Positions 30,629-37,211 of a stretch of DNA of 64,000 nucleotides are shown piece by piece (positions within the stretch are counted from its first letter, which is position 1; each line of letters opens with the position of its first letter). The notes beneath the pieces are model-generated. The model was not told the origin of the DNA and did not search any database. It saw nothing but the letters and a program-made list of their open reading frames with translations. The DNA is from Patescibacteria group bacterium (GTDB lineage: Bacteria; Patescibacteriota; Patescibacteriia; JBDRGY01). The position numbers were made by a program, and so were the translations under genes. Location: NCBI GenBank assembly GCA_043817315.1, contig JBDRGY010000002.1, positions 1,046-65,045 of the forward strand. Direction: 5' to 3'.

Positions 30629-30802
30629 TTTCCGCACGGCGGGCAGGTGGCGAAAGTCGCCCCGCTTTTTGGCGGAGCACGGCACCAAATCAAAAAAATG
30701 CCTAAAATCAGCCAAATTTTGGCTTGATTGTTTTTACAAAATGTGTTAGAATTAAGTTGTCCTTAATTTAGAAAAAATCCAAATTGAAAGGGGGTGAACT
30801 AA

Positions 30803-31492
30803 ATGGATACTTTTACATCATGGGGAGACGCCCTAAATAACTCATTAGATAATATCTGGACAGGTTTCCTTGATTTTCTGCCCAAATTCGTAGGGGCAGT
30901 TTTAATCTTCGTAATTGGCTGGATCGTTTCAGTTCTGATCGGAAATTTGGTATCAAGAGTAGTCAAATACCTTTGGGTAGATCGCCTATTACAAAGAATT
31001 AAGGTTAAGGAGGCAGTAGAAAAAGCCGGTATAAAGGTTGATATTGCCAAAAGTATGGGGTTGATAGTTAAGTGGTTTTTGATCTTTGTTTTTCTAACTG
31101 CCGCTACTGATGTTGTGGGTTGGACTGAAGTTACTCTGTTTTTGCGTAAATTCGTCGGTTATCTGCCAAATGTGATTATTGCCGTCATCATCTTCACCTT
31201 GGGCTTAATGTTTGCTAATTGGGTCCAAAGTGTGGTCAAAAAGTCAATTTCCGCCTATAAATTGCTCTCTCCTGAATTAGTATCAGCCATAGCTAAGTGG
31301 TCCATCGTTGTTTTCAGTCTGCTGGCCGCCTTAATCCAGTTAAGGGTCGCTCCTTCACTATTACAAACCTTATTCACAGGTATTGTTGCCATGATCGCTA
31401 TTGCCGGAGGCCTGGCTTTTGGCTTGGGTGGCAAGGAATATGCCCGGAACCTTTTAGAAAAAGTCCAAAAAGACGTCCATCCTAAAGAATAA
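30803..31492 (+). CDS. Multi-pass membrane protein with repeated conserved TM-helix units (MscS-N-terminal-like)
   Basis: 229 aa. Repeats of the ...LPKFVGAVLIFVIGWIVS... / ...LPNVIIAVIIFTLGLMFANWV... type. RBS GGGGGTG lies upstream. Confidence 0.45.
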   Translation: MDTFTSWGDALNNSLDNIWTGFLDFLPKFVGAVLIFVIGWIVSVLIGNLVSRVVKYLWVDRLLQRIKVKEAVEKAGIKVDIAKSMGLIVKWFLIFVFLTAATDVVGWTEVTLFLRKFVGYLPNVIIAVIIFTLGLMFANWVQSVVKKSISAYKLLSPELVSAIAKWSIVVFSLLAALIQLRVAPSLLQTLFTGIVAMIAIAGGLAFGLGGKEYARNLLEKVQKDVHPKE

Positions 31493-31560
31493 AGACTAAA
31501 AACGCTTGCTAGTATTTCTCTTTTTAAGCTATAATCTTTCTAGTAAGCGTTTTTGTTTAT

Positions 31561-31690
31561 GGGCCGGTCCCTAGGTCCCGCACTGCGGGACCGGGATCCC
31601 GATCACCAAAAGTGACTTAGGGATAGTTCAGTTTCCGCCAAAGGCGGACCAGCCTCTGGCTGGGGCTATCATCTCTTTGCGATAAAAAGT
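31561..31690 (+). other. Structured GC-rich segment that contains a split copy of the first 17 nt of the downstream tRNA-Ala(GGC)
   Basis: GGGCCGG plus a 56-nt stem-closed insert (TCCCTA...TAGGGA, with inner hairpins GGTCCCGC ACT GCGGGACC and TCAC CAAAA GTGA) plus TAGTTCAGTT. Further hairpins follow: CCGCC AAA GGCGG and CCAGCC TCT GGCTGG. Confidence 0.4.
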
Positions 31691-31707
31691 ATTATATTAA
31701 TCAATTT

Positions 31708-31891
31708 GGGCCGGTAGTTCAGTTAGCTAGAATGCCTCCATGGCATGCCTGCCCGCCAGGACCCATGGGCCGTTGGCTCAGTTGGTAGAGCGTCTCCATG
31801 GCATGGAGAAGGTCACCGGTTCGAATCCGGTCCGGTCCATAGGCTCTGGCAGGCGGGGAGGAGGTCAGGGGTTCGAGTCCCCTCCGGTCTA
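31708..31891 (+). tRNA. Interrupted outer tRNA-Ala(GGC). 5' part 31708-31746, 3' part about 31857-31891, with a ~110-nt intervening sequence at the 3' side of the anticodon loop.
   Basis: The two parts have complementary acceptor strands (GGGCCGG/CCGGTCT, with G1-U72 and G3-U70) and anticodon-stem strands (CCTCC/GGAGG), plus a canonical T arm AGGGG TTCGAGT CCCCT. Joined in silico they give a 74-nt cloverleaf. The D loop AGTTAGCTA lacks the usual GG. Confidence 0.5.
31767..31839 (+). tRNA. tRNA-Ala(GGC), complete, located inside the interruption of the outer tRNA-Ala(GGC)
   Basis: GGGCCGT TG GCTC AGTTGGTA GAGC G TCTCC ATGGCAT GGAGA AGGTC ACCGG TTCGAAT CCGGT CCGGTCC A. G3-U70 is present. There is one 7-66 mismatch. 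Confidence 0.85.
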
Positions 31892-31899
31892 TTTTTTAT

Positions 31900-31928
31900 T
31901 TGACCAACCGTTAAGCATTTGTTAAGTT
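31900..31928 (+). promoter_or_regulatory. Sigma70-like promoter (TTGACC-17-TAAGTT) within a recurring TTTTTATTTGAC module
   Basis: The same module lies at 36279-36307 (TTGACT-17-TAAGCT) and 37030-37058 (TTGACG-17-TAGCAT). Confidence 0.5.
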
Positions 31929-31967
31929 TATATACTTTAAGAGTTGCTCTTTCCCCAGGGAGGGCGT

Positions 31968-32462
31968 ATGCGCGAGATGATCGTGGAGACAGTTCCGGTT
32001 GTTCCGGACCTAGGCAATATGGGTTGCCCTGATTGGTTTCACCACCACGGCCGTAAGATGCGGTTAACTGTGGCCGATACGACCAAGCAAGTAGTGGTCA
32101 TATCTGCTTCAGCGGCCACCTTGACCATCTCTGTCAAGGAAGTAGGTAGGGGCGACGAGTGGTTTGTGGCCTGGGAAGTTGTCCAGTCGCAGCTGGCGAA
32201 GACCAACGGACGCGTTGTCATGTCCTGCGATGAATTGAGTGCTGCCTTCGGCATTGCCGATCATTCTTACCGATACGGTGGTTGGGTCATCGAAAGATTC
32301 GGCGGCGACTCTGCCAATCAAGGCCAGTACCTTCGCTACCAGGATTTTCTCAACATCCCTTGTCCCGGCACCGGGCATGATGGTGATCCCAACATCTCTG
32401 TGGAGCTGGATGACGAGATTAAGGATGCCATTCGTCAACTAGTCAGAGCCCGCATGGGCTAA
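31968..32462 (+). CDS. Hypothetical protein (164 aa from the ATG), G+C-rich relative to its neighbours
   Basis: Track ORF 31944..32462. I prefer the ATG at 31968 (MREMIVETVPVV...). It has its own promoter and a hairpin terminator near 32470-32500. I recognise no motifs. Confidence 0.6.
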   Translation: MREMIVETVPVVPDLGNMGCPDWFHHHGRKMRLTVADTTKQVVVISASAATLTISVKEVGRGDEWFVAWEVVQSQLAKTNGRVVMSCDELSAAFGIADHSYRYGGWVIERFGGDSANQGQYLRYQDFLNIPCPGTGHDGDPNISVELDDEIKDAIRQLVRARMG

Positions 32463-32568
32463 GAGAACAGAGCCGATTCCATTAATGGATTGGCTCTTTT
32501 AAATTGCCCGGCCCTGCACCGAATTTGGTGCGGGTTGACATTATTTCTAGCTGTGTTATTATATCAAT

Positions 32569-32585
32569 ATACCCCCTGGGGGTAT
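32569..32585. promoter_or_regulatory. CsoR-type operator palindrome ATACCCCC-T-GGGGGTAT overlapping a TTGACA-N16-TATTAT promoter
   Basis: Read directly. The -35 box is at 32535-32540 and the -10 near 32557-32562. The palindrome is of the GC-core TACCC...GGGTA type known for CsoR-family repressors. Confidence 0.6.
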
Positions 32586-32602
32586 GTGGATAACTATATT
32601 AT

Positions 32603-33145
32603 ATGGCTGTCTTAAGAAATTTCAGTATCAAATTTGTCGATATAATGATTGGTGTTGTTTTGGGTGTTGGTTTTCAGTGGTGGCCCGACCTCAAAGAGGT
32701 CTGGCAGTATCTAGCATTCCTGTTTGTTTACTTAAATTTAATCGATTATTGGATTGACTATTCCCCTACTATCAAGAAATTCCCCTTAAAGAGAGAGTTA
32801 GACGTCATCCTTCATACTTTTATAATTTTCTCCATGTTTTTCCTGATATTTAACACCAGTAATTCTTTGTCTGCCTTTTTATTAGCGTTCGTTCTTTACC
32901 GCATTCTAGATATTGTGTGGATCTGGAGAATGAAAACCGTTTACAGGGCAAGCGCTTATGATAAAAAATTTCTCAATTCCTGGGGTTTACAAGATATTTA
33001 CGAAGTAGCCTTCACCTTGCTCCTGCTATTGGCTTTCTGGATGTGGAAAGGACAGCCGTTGTATTATTTACTTATTTTTATCGCCTTGAGAGTGCTTACT
33101 AGAATTATGGCTAGCTTGCGTTATAAAAAAATATATTATTCTTAG
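32603..33145 (+). CDS. Hypothetical polytopic membrane protein (180 aa), putatively CsoR-regulated
   Basis: About 5 hydrophobic helices. It is preceded by the operator at 32569-32585 and followed by the csoR operator and gene. Confidence 0.6.
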   Translation: MAVLRNFSIKFVDIMIGVVLGVGFQWWPDLKEVWQYLAFLFVYLNLIDYWIDYSPTIKKFPLKRELDVILHTFIIFSMFFLIFNTSNSLSAFLLAFVLYRILDIVWIWRMKTVYRASAYDKKFLNSWGLQDIYEVAFTLLLLLAFWMWKGQPLYYLLIFIALRVLTRIMASLRYKKIYYS

Positions 33146-33150
33146 TGTAA

Positions 33151-33167
33151 ATACCCCTCCGGGGTAT
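33151..33167. promoter_or_regulatory. Second CsoR-type operator ATACCCC-TCC-GGGGTAT, directly upstream of csoR
   Basis: Read directly, 14 nt before the csoR start. Confidence 0.6.
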
Positions 33168-33180
33168 ATCCATAGCTAAT

Positions 33181-33420
33181 ATGTCCAAACAATCTCCTCT
33201 GATTAGTCAAATCAATCGCACTTGTGGCCAGCTGGAAGGCCTGGCCCGGTTAACTAAGGACAAAAGAGCTTGTCCTGAAGTGATAAACCAGTTTTTGGCG
33301 ATCAAGGCTGGTCTTAACCGCATCGGCATGTTAATTTTAAGTGACGAATATAAAAACTGTTCACTGAAAGACCGTAAAAGAATGGAAGTATTAATAAAAA
33401 ACATATTCAAAATTAAATAG
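33181..33420 (+). CDS. csoR: CsoR/RcnR/FrmR-family metal-sensing transcriptional repressor (DUF156)
   Basis: 79 aa. INRTCGQLEGLARLTKDKRACPEVINQFLAIKAGLNRIGMLILSDEYKNC matches the family pattern (R..G.L.G......D..C.....Q..A...AL........L..H...C). Candidate ligand residues are Cys31 and Cys59. Confidence 0.8.
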   Translation: MSKQSPLISQINRTCGQLEGLARLTKDKRACPEVINQFLAIKAGLNRIGMLILSDEYKNCSLKDRKRMEVLIKNIFKIK

Positions 33421-33434
33421 AAAGGTGATAAAAA

Positions 33435-33764
33435 ATGGCAGAAATGCAATTTACCGATGACAACTTCGAACAAGAAGTATTAAAGGAGGAAACCATGCCG
33501 GTCTTGGTAGATTTCTTCGCTACTTGGTGCCCGCCTTGCAAAATACTGGGCCCCATCATTGAAGAATTGGCCAAAGACTTTGAAGGCAAAGTAAAGATTG
33601 GCAAGATAGACGTGGATCAAAATAAAAAGTACGCGGCCCAATACGGTGTCCAGAGTATTCCAACAACTATCCTTTTTCAGAACGGGGAGGTCCTGGAAAC
33701 ATTGATGGGCTTACAGCAAAAGGACAAATTAGAAGAACTATTGAACAAACAGCTAAAAGCTTAA
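33435..33764 (+). CDS. trxA: Thioredoxin
   Basis: 109 aa. WCPPCK active site and VDFFATWC context. Confidence 0.95.
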   Translation: MAEMQFTDDNFEQEVLKEETMPVLVDFFATWCPPCKILGPIIEELAKDFEGKVKIGKIDVDQNKKYAAQYGVQSIPTTILFQNGEVLETLMGLQQKDKLEELLNKQLKA

Positions 33765-33774
33765 TTCTAAAACA

Positions 33775-33969
33775 ATGCCAATATTCGAATACCAATGTCG
33801 TGACTGCGATCTTAGCTTTGAAAAATTAGTTAAGGATTCGGACACCAAGGTCATCTGTCCCAATTGTAAAAAGACCAACAACCAGAAGCTGGTCTCCTCT
33901 TTCAGTTCCAAGCAACCCGGCTGTTCCGGCTGTGGCCATGATTGTTCGGCCTGCTCTAAAGATTTATAA
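33775..33969 (+). CDS. FmdB-family zinc-ribbon protein
   Basis: MPIFEYQCRDCDLSFE......CPNCK. A Cys-rich tail follows. Confidence 0.8.
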   Translation: MPIFEYQCRDCDLSFEKLVKDSDTKVICPNCKKTNNQKLVSSFSSKQPGCSGCGHDCSACSKDL

Positions 33970-33987
33970 GCAATAACAATAAATAAT

Positions 33988-34938
33988 ATGTATGATGTCA
34001 TAATAGTCGGTGCCGGGGCATCCGGTCTTACGGCTGCTATCTATGCCAGTCGCCGCAATTTAAAAACTTTAGTGATCTCCCAAGATATCGGTGGCCAGGC
34101 GGCCACTACTCCTGAAGTAGAAAATTATCCCGGGTTTGAGGAAATGACTGACGGTTTTGAATTGATGCAAAAATTTAAATCCCAAGCCGAGAAATTCGGT
34201 GCCGAAATAAAAACAGGCGAAGTAACCGGAATCGAGAGGCAAGAGCATAAGTTCATTGTAAAAACTCCGGTGGAAAATTTGGCGACGGAGTCAGTTGTTT
34301 TAGCTTTTGGTCTAACTCATCGTCATCTGGGCGTCCCAGGAGAAGAGAATTTAATTGGCAGAGGGGTAACTTACTGCGCCACTTGTGACGGTCCCCTTTT
34401 CCGAGACAAAACTATCGCAGTTGTCGGAGGTGGAGCTTCCGCCATGGAAACTGCCTTGTATATGTCAGAAATGGCTAAGCAGGTTTATCTGGTCCACCGA
34501 CGTGATCAATACCGTGGCGAAGAAGTGATGCTCAAACGATTAAATGAAGCCAAAAATATTGAGCAAGTATTAAATTCCCAAATTGAAGAAATTAAAGGCC
34601 AAGATAAAGTTGAGGCTATTACAGTCAAAAACAATGAAGGGATAGCTAGAGAAATAAAAGTTGACGGAGTTTTTGTGGAAATCGGCTTGGAAGTAAAATC
34701 AGAGTTTATCAAGGGGTTAGTGGACTTAGATGAGAAAAATCAGATCATAATTGACGCCATCAATCAAACCAATTGTCCTGGAATTTACGCTGCTGGGGAC
34801 GTCACCAATATAGTATATAAACAAATAGTCACTTCGGCCGGTGAGGGCGCTAAAGCTGCTTTGTCAGCCTATCAATACCTGCAAAAGAAGAAGGGGTTGC
34901 CCCCGCAAGTCGATTGGGGTAAAAAGAAAGAAAAATAA
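33988..34938 (+). CDS. trxB: Thioredoxin-disulfide reductase
   Basis: 316 aa. GAGASG FAD site, redox CATCDG, second GGGASA dinucleotide fold, GDV. Confidence 0.9.
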   Translation: MYDVIIVGAGASGLTAAIYASRRNLKTLVISQDIGGQAATTPEVENYPGFEEMTDGFELMQKFKSQAEKFGAEIKTGEVTGIERQEHKFIVKTPVENLATESVVLAFGLTHRHLGVPGEENLIGRGVTYCATCDGPLFRDKTIAVVGGGASAMETALYMSEMAKQVYLVHRRDQYRGEEVMLKRLNEAKNIEQVLNSQIEEIKGQDKVEAITVKNNEGIAREIKVDGVFVEIGLEVKSEFIKGLVDLDEKNQIIIDAINQTNCPGIYAAGDVTNIVYKQIVTSAGEGAKAALSAYQYLQKKKGLPPQVDWGKKKEK

Positions 34939-34940
34939 TA

Positions 34941-36218
34941 ATGAATTCTTTTAGTTCCACTAAAAATTCCATAAAAGAAGCAGCCCGAGTAATTGATTTG
35001 GATAACAATGTCCTGGAGCAGATCCTTTATCCTGACCGCATTATCCAGGTCAAAGTGCCTATTAAAAAAGACGATGGATCAATCAAGATTTATCAGGGCT
35101 ATCGAATTCAATACAATAACGCCCGTGGACCTTACAAGGGCGGTATTCGTTATCACCAGGATGTTAATTTGAACGAAGTGCAGGCCTTGGCCGCTTTAAT
35201 GAGTTTAAAAACTGCAGTAACCGGTATCCCCATGGGAGGTGGCAAGGGGGGCATCAAGGTTAATCCCAAAGAACTAAGTAAACCTGAATTGGAACAGCTG
35301 TCTCGTAATTTTATGCGGGCGCTCTTTGAACACGTTGGCCCCAAAAAGGATGTCTTAGCACCAGACGTTAATACCAACTCCACCATCATGAGTTGGATGA
35401 TGGATGAATATTCCCAAATGGTCGGACACAGTGAGCCAGCCGTCGTCACCGGAAAACCTTTATCGATTGGCGGTAGCGAGGGGAGAGAAGAGGCAACTGC
35501 CCTGGGCGGCTATTACATTATTAAACAACTGGTTAAGAAATATAAACTACAGCCTCAAAAAACCCGGGTGATTATCCAGGGGTTTGGCAATGTAGGTTAT
35601 AACTTGGCGGAAATTTTATTTAAGAAAAAATTCAGGCTGGTTGGTTTTTCTGATTCTCAAAGCGCTCTCTATTCCCAAGAAGGACTAAATCCCGACTCCA
35701 CCATGAGAAGTAAAAAGCATAAAGGCTATATTGATGACTGTTACCTGGCCGGTTCGGTCAAGGATTGCCGCCCCGAATCTGATCACCTAAAACATCATCT
35801 GCATATTACCAACAAGCAGTTACTAACTCAGCCTTGTGATCTTCTAATACCGGCGGCCTTGGGTGGGGTGATTGATTCCAGCAACGTGGGCCGGGTTAAA
35901 GCCAAATACATCGTGGAAATGGCCAACGGTCCCATCACCTTTGAGGCTGACCAAAGGTTGGCCAAGAAAAAAGTAGTGGTAATTCCTGACATCCTTTCCA
36001 ATGCCGGTGGCGTAACGGGATCATATTTCGAATGGCTGCAAAACATCCAGGGGCAATCTTGGACTAAAGCTCAGTTTAACAATAGACTAGAGCAAATTAT
36101 GAAAACTGCTTTTGATCAGGTTGATAAAATTGCTGCTCAATACCAAATCAGTATGCGAACCGCTGCTAACGTTCTGGCTCTGCAAAGAATCGGTCAAGCC
36201 ATCCAAGACAGGCAATAA
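34941..36218 (+). CDS. gdhA: Glutamate dehydrogenase (Glu/Leu/Phe/Val dehydrogenase family)
   Basis: 425 aa. GPYKGGIRYH, GGGKGG, GFGNVG motifs. Confidence 0.9.
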   Translation: MNSFSSTKNSIKEAARVIDLDNNVLEQILYPDRIIQVKVPIKKDDGSIKIYQGYRIQYNNARGPYKGGIRYHQDVNLNEVQALAALMSLKTAVTGIPMGGGKGGIKVNPKELSKPELEQLSRNFMRALFEHVGPKKDVLAPDVNTNSTIMSWMMDEYSQMVGHSEPAVVTGKPLSIGGSEGREEATALGGYYIIKQLVKKYKLQPQKTRVIIQGFGNVGYNLAEILFKKKFRLVGFSDSQSALYSQEGLNPDSTMRSKKHKGYIDDCYLAGSVKDCRPESDHLKHHLHITNKQLLTQPCDLLIPAALGGVIDSSNVGRVKAKYIVEMANGPITFEADQRLAKKKVVVIPDILSNAGGVTGSYFEWLQNIQGQSWTKAQFNNRLEQIMKTAFDQVDKIAAQYQISMRTAANVLALQRIGQAIQDRQ

Positions 36219-36231
36219 TATTAATAAAATG

Positions 36232-36276
36232 AGGTCCGTTGCTTGAGTAGTTCAGGCTCAACCGGGCCTATTTTTT
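36232..36276 (+). terminator. Hairpin terminator after gdh
   Basis: AGGTCCG..TTGAG ... CTCAA CCGGGCCT followed by TATTTTTT. Confidence 0.55.
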
Positions 36277-36278
36277 AT

Positions 36279-36307
36279 TTGACTAAATCGCTCATATAAA
36301 ATAAGCT
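36279..36307 (+). promoter_or_regulatory. Promoter TTGACT-17-TAAGCT (TTTTTATTTGAC module) for adk
   Basis: See 31900-31928. Confidence 0.5.
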
Positions 36308-36356
36308 ATCTTAAAGCTCATTAATAGTCACCCCACCCGCTCCAAGGAGGCAAACA

Positions 36357-36995
36357 GTGAATGTTGTGCTGTTGGGCAAACCGGGCTGTGGTAAGGGCAC
36401 CCAGGCTGAGATGATAATCGAGCCCCTGGGCCTCACCCATCTTTCTACGGGGAATATCTTCCGGGAACACCTGGCACAAGGAACGGAACTGGGCAACCGG
36501 ATAAGATCCATCATGGACGACGGGGAACTGGTAGACGATACTACTACCTGCCAAGTCGTTGCTGACTTCTTGGGACAGCATCAAGGTCAGTATATTCTCT
36601 TTGATGGTTTCCCCCGCACCGTGCCTCAGGCTGACTGGCTTGATAGTGAAGATGGAATTCCTCTTGACCTGATCATATTGATGGATCTACCTGATGAGGA
36701 AGTGATCAGGAGACTAACCTCCAGAAGACAGTGTCGCCAGTGCGGCAAGATCTACAACGTGCTGTTCTTTCCTCCCCAGAAAGAGGGAGTCTGTGACGTC
36801 TGCGGCGGAGAAGTCTATCAGCGTGATGATGACTCTGAGGAAGTGGCCCGCGAGCGGCTAGAGGAATTCTACGAGGAGACAGCCCCTCTAATCGACTACT
36901 ACCGTAATCAGGGCCGCTTGACTCCTGTTGATGCTTCTGGAAGCCGCGAGGAGACTAACGCCAAGATAGTCAGTTTACTGGAGGAAATCAAATAG
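36357..36995 (+). CDS. adk: Adenylate kinase with a zinc lid; stand-alone and G+C-rich
   Basis: GTG start with RBS AAGGAGG. GKPGCGKGTQ P-loop, lid CRQCG...CDVCGG, GFPRT. Confidence 0.9.
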   Translation: MNVVLLGKPGCGKGTQAEMIIEPLGLTHLSTGNIFREHLAQGTELGNRIRSIMDDGELVDDTTTCQVVADFLGQHQGQYILFDGFPRTVPQADWLDSEDGIPLDLIILMDLPDEEVIRRLTSRRQCRQCGKIYNVLFFPPQKEGVCDVCGGEVYQRDDDSEEVARERLEEFYEETAPLIDYYRNQGRLTPVDASGSREETNAKIVSLLEEIK

Positions 36996-37002
36996 CTCTC
37001 AT

Positions 37003-37028
37003 AGTCCCGATTCCATCGGGACTTTTTA
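37003..37028 (+). terminator. Hairpin terminator after adk
   Basis: AGTCCCGA TTCCA TCGGGACT followed by TTTTT. Confidence 0.7.
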
Positions 37029-37029
37029 T

Positions 37030-37058
37030 TTGACGAATCGCCTCAAATCAAATAGCAT
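37030..37058 (+). promoter_or_regulatory. Promoter TTGACG-17-TAGCAT (TTTTTATTTGAC module) for the small peptide gene
   Basis: See 31900-31928. Confidence 0.5.
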
Positions 37059-37130
37059 AGAAGATAGTTTCGCACAAGTTCTTTCCCAGCAGAAGTCACC
37101 TAAAGAAACCTCCACCAAAGGAGGTGTCTG

Positions 37131-37211
37131 ATGAAGAATTGGAGGATTTTTATTATCTTACTTCTGCTGCTATCATCAGGTGGCATTGCCACCGCAGGCC
37201 TGTTCATCTAG
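37131..37211 (+). CDS. 26-aa hydrophobic peptide (MKNWRIFIILLLLLSSGGIATAGLFI) with its own promoter, SD-sequestering hairpin and terminator
   Basis: Strong RBS AAAGGAGG 7 nt upstream. CCTCC (37109-13) can pair with the GGAGG of the SD (37120-24). A 10-bp terminator stem AGGCCTGTTC/GAACAGGCCT plus a T-run (37196-37225) overlaps the stop codon. Confidence 0.5.
   Translation: MKNWRIFIILLLLLSSGGIATAGLFI

Noticed and set aside
30445-30705. 86-aa plus-strand ORF; likewise 31740..31925
   Set aside because: Both are read-throughs of tRNA genes and GC-rich hairpins (…GPLAQLARAS…, …GPLAQLVERLHG…). They have no RBS and are fully explained by the RNA features.
31747-31856. Group I intron or archaeal bulge-helix-bulge intron as the explanation for the tRNA interruptions (also 60084-60262)
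   Set aside because: The inserts are 110-179 nt and mostly occupied by a tRNA, which is too short for a group I core. I could not place two 3-nt bulges separated by a 4-bp helix at either junction. I kept this only as something to test formally.
31561-31891. Possible tmRNA (starts GGGCCGG, ends with a T arm plus an acceptor with G3-U70)
   Set aside because: 31708 onwards has a full D arm and an anticodon stem-loop, which tmRNA lacks. No GGATTCGAC-type 5' element and no plausible tag ORF ending in hydrophobic residues plus a stop was found. The frame I read gives ...GAIISLR.
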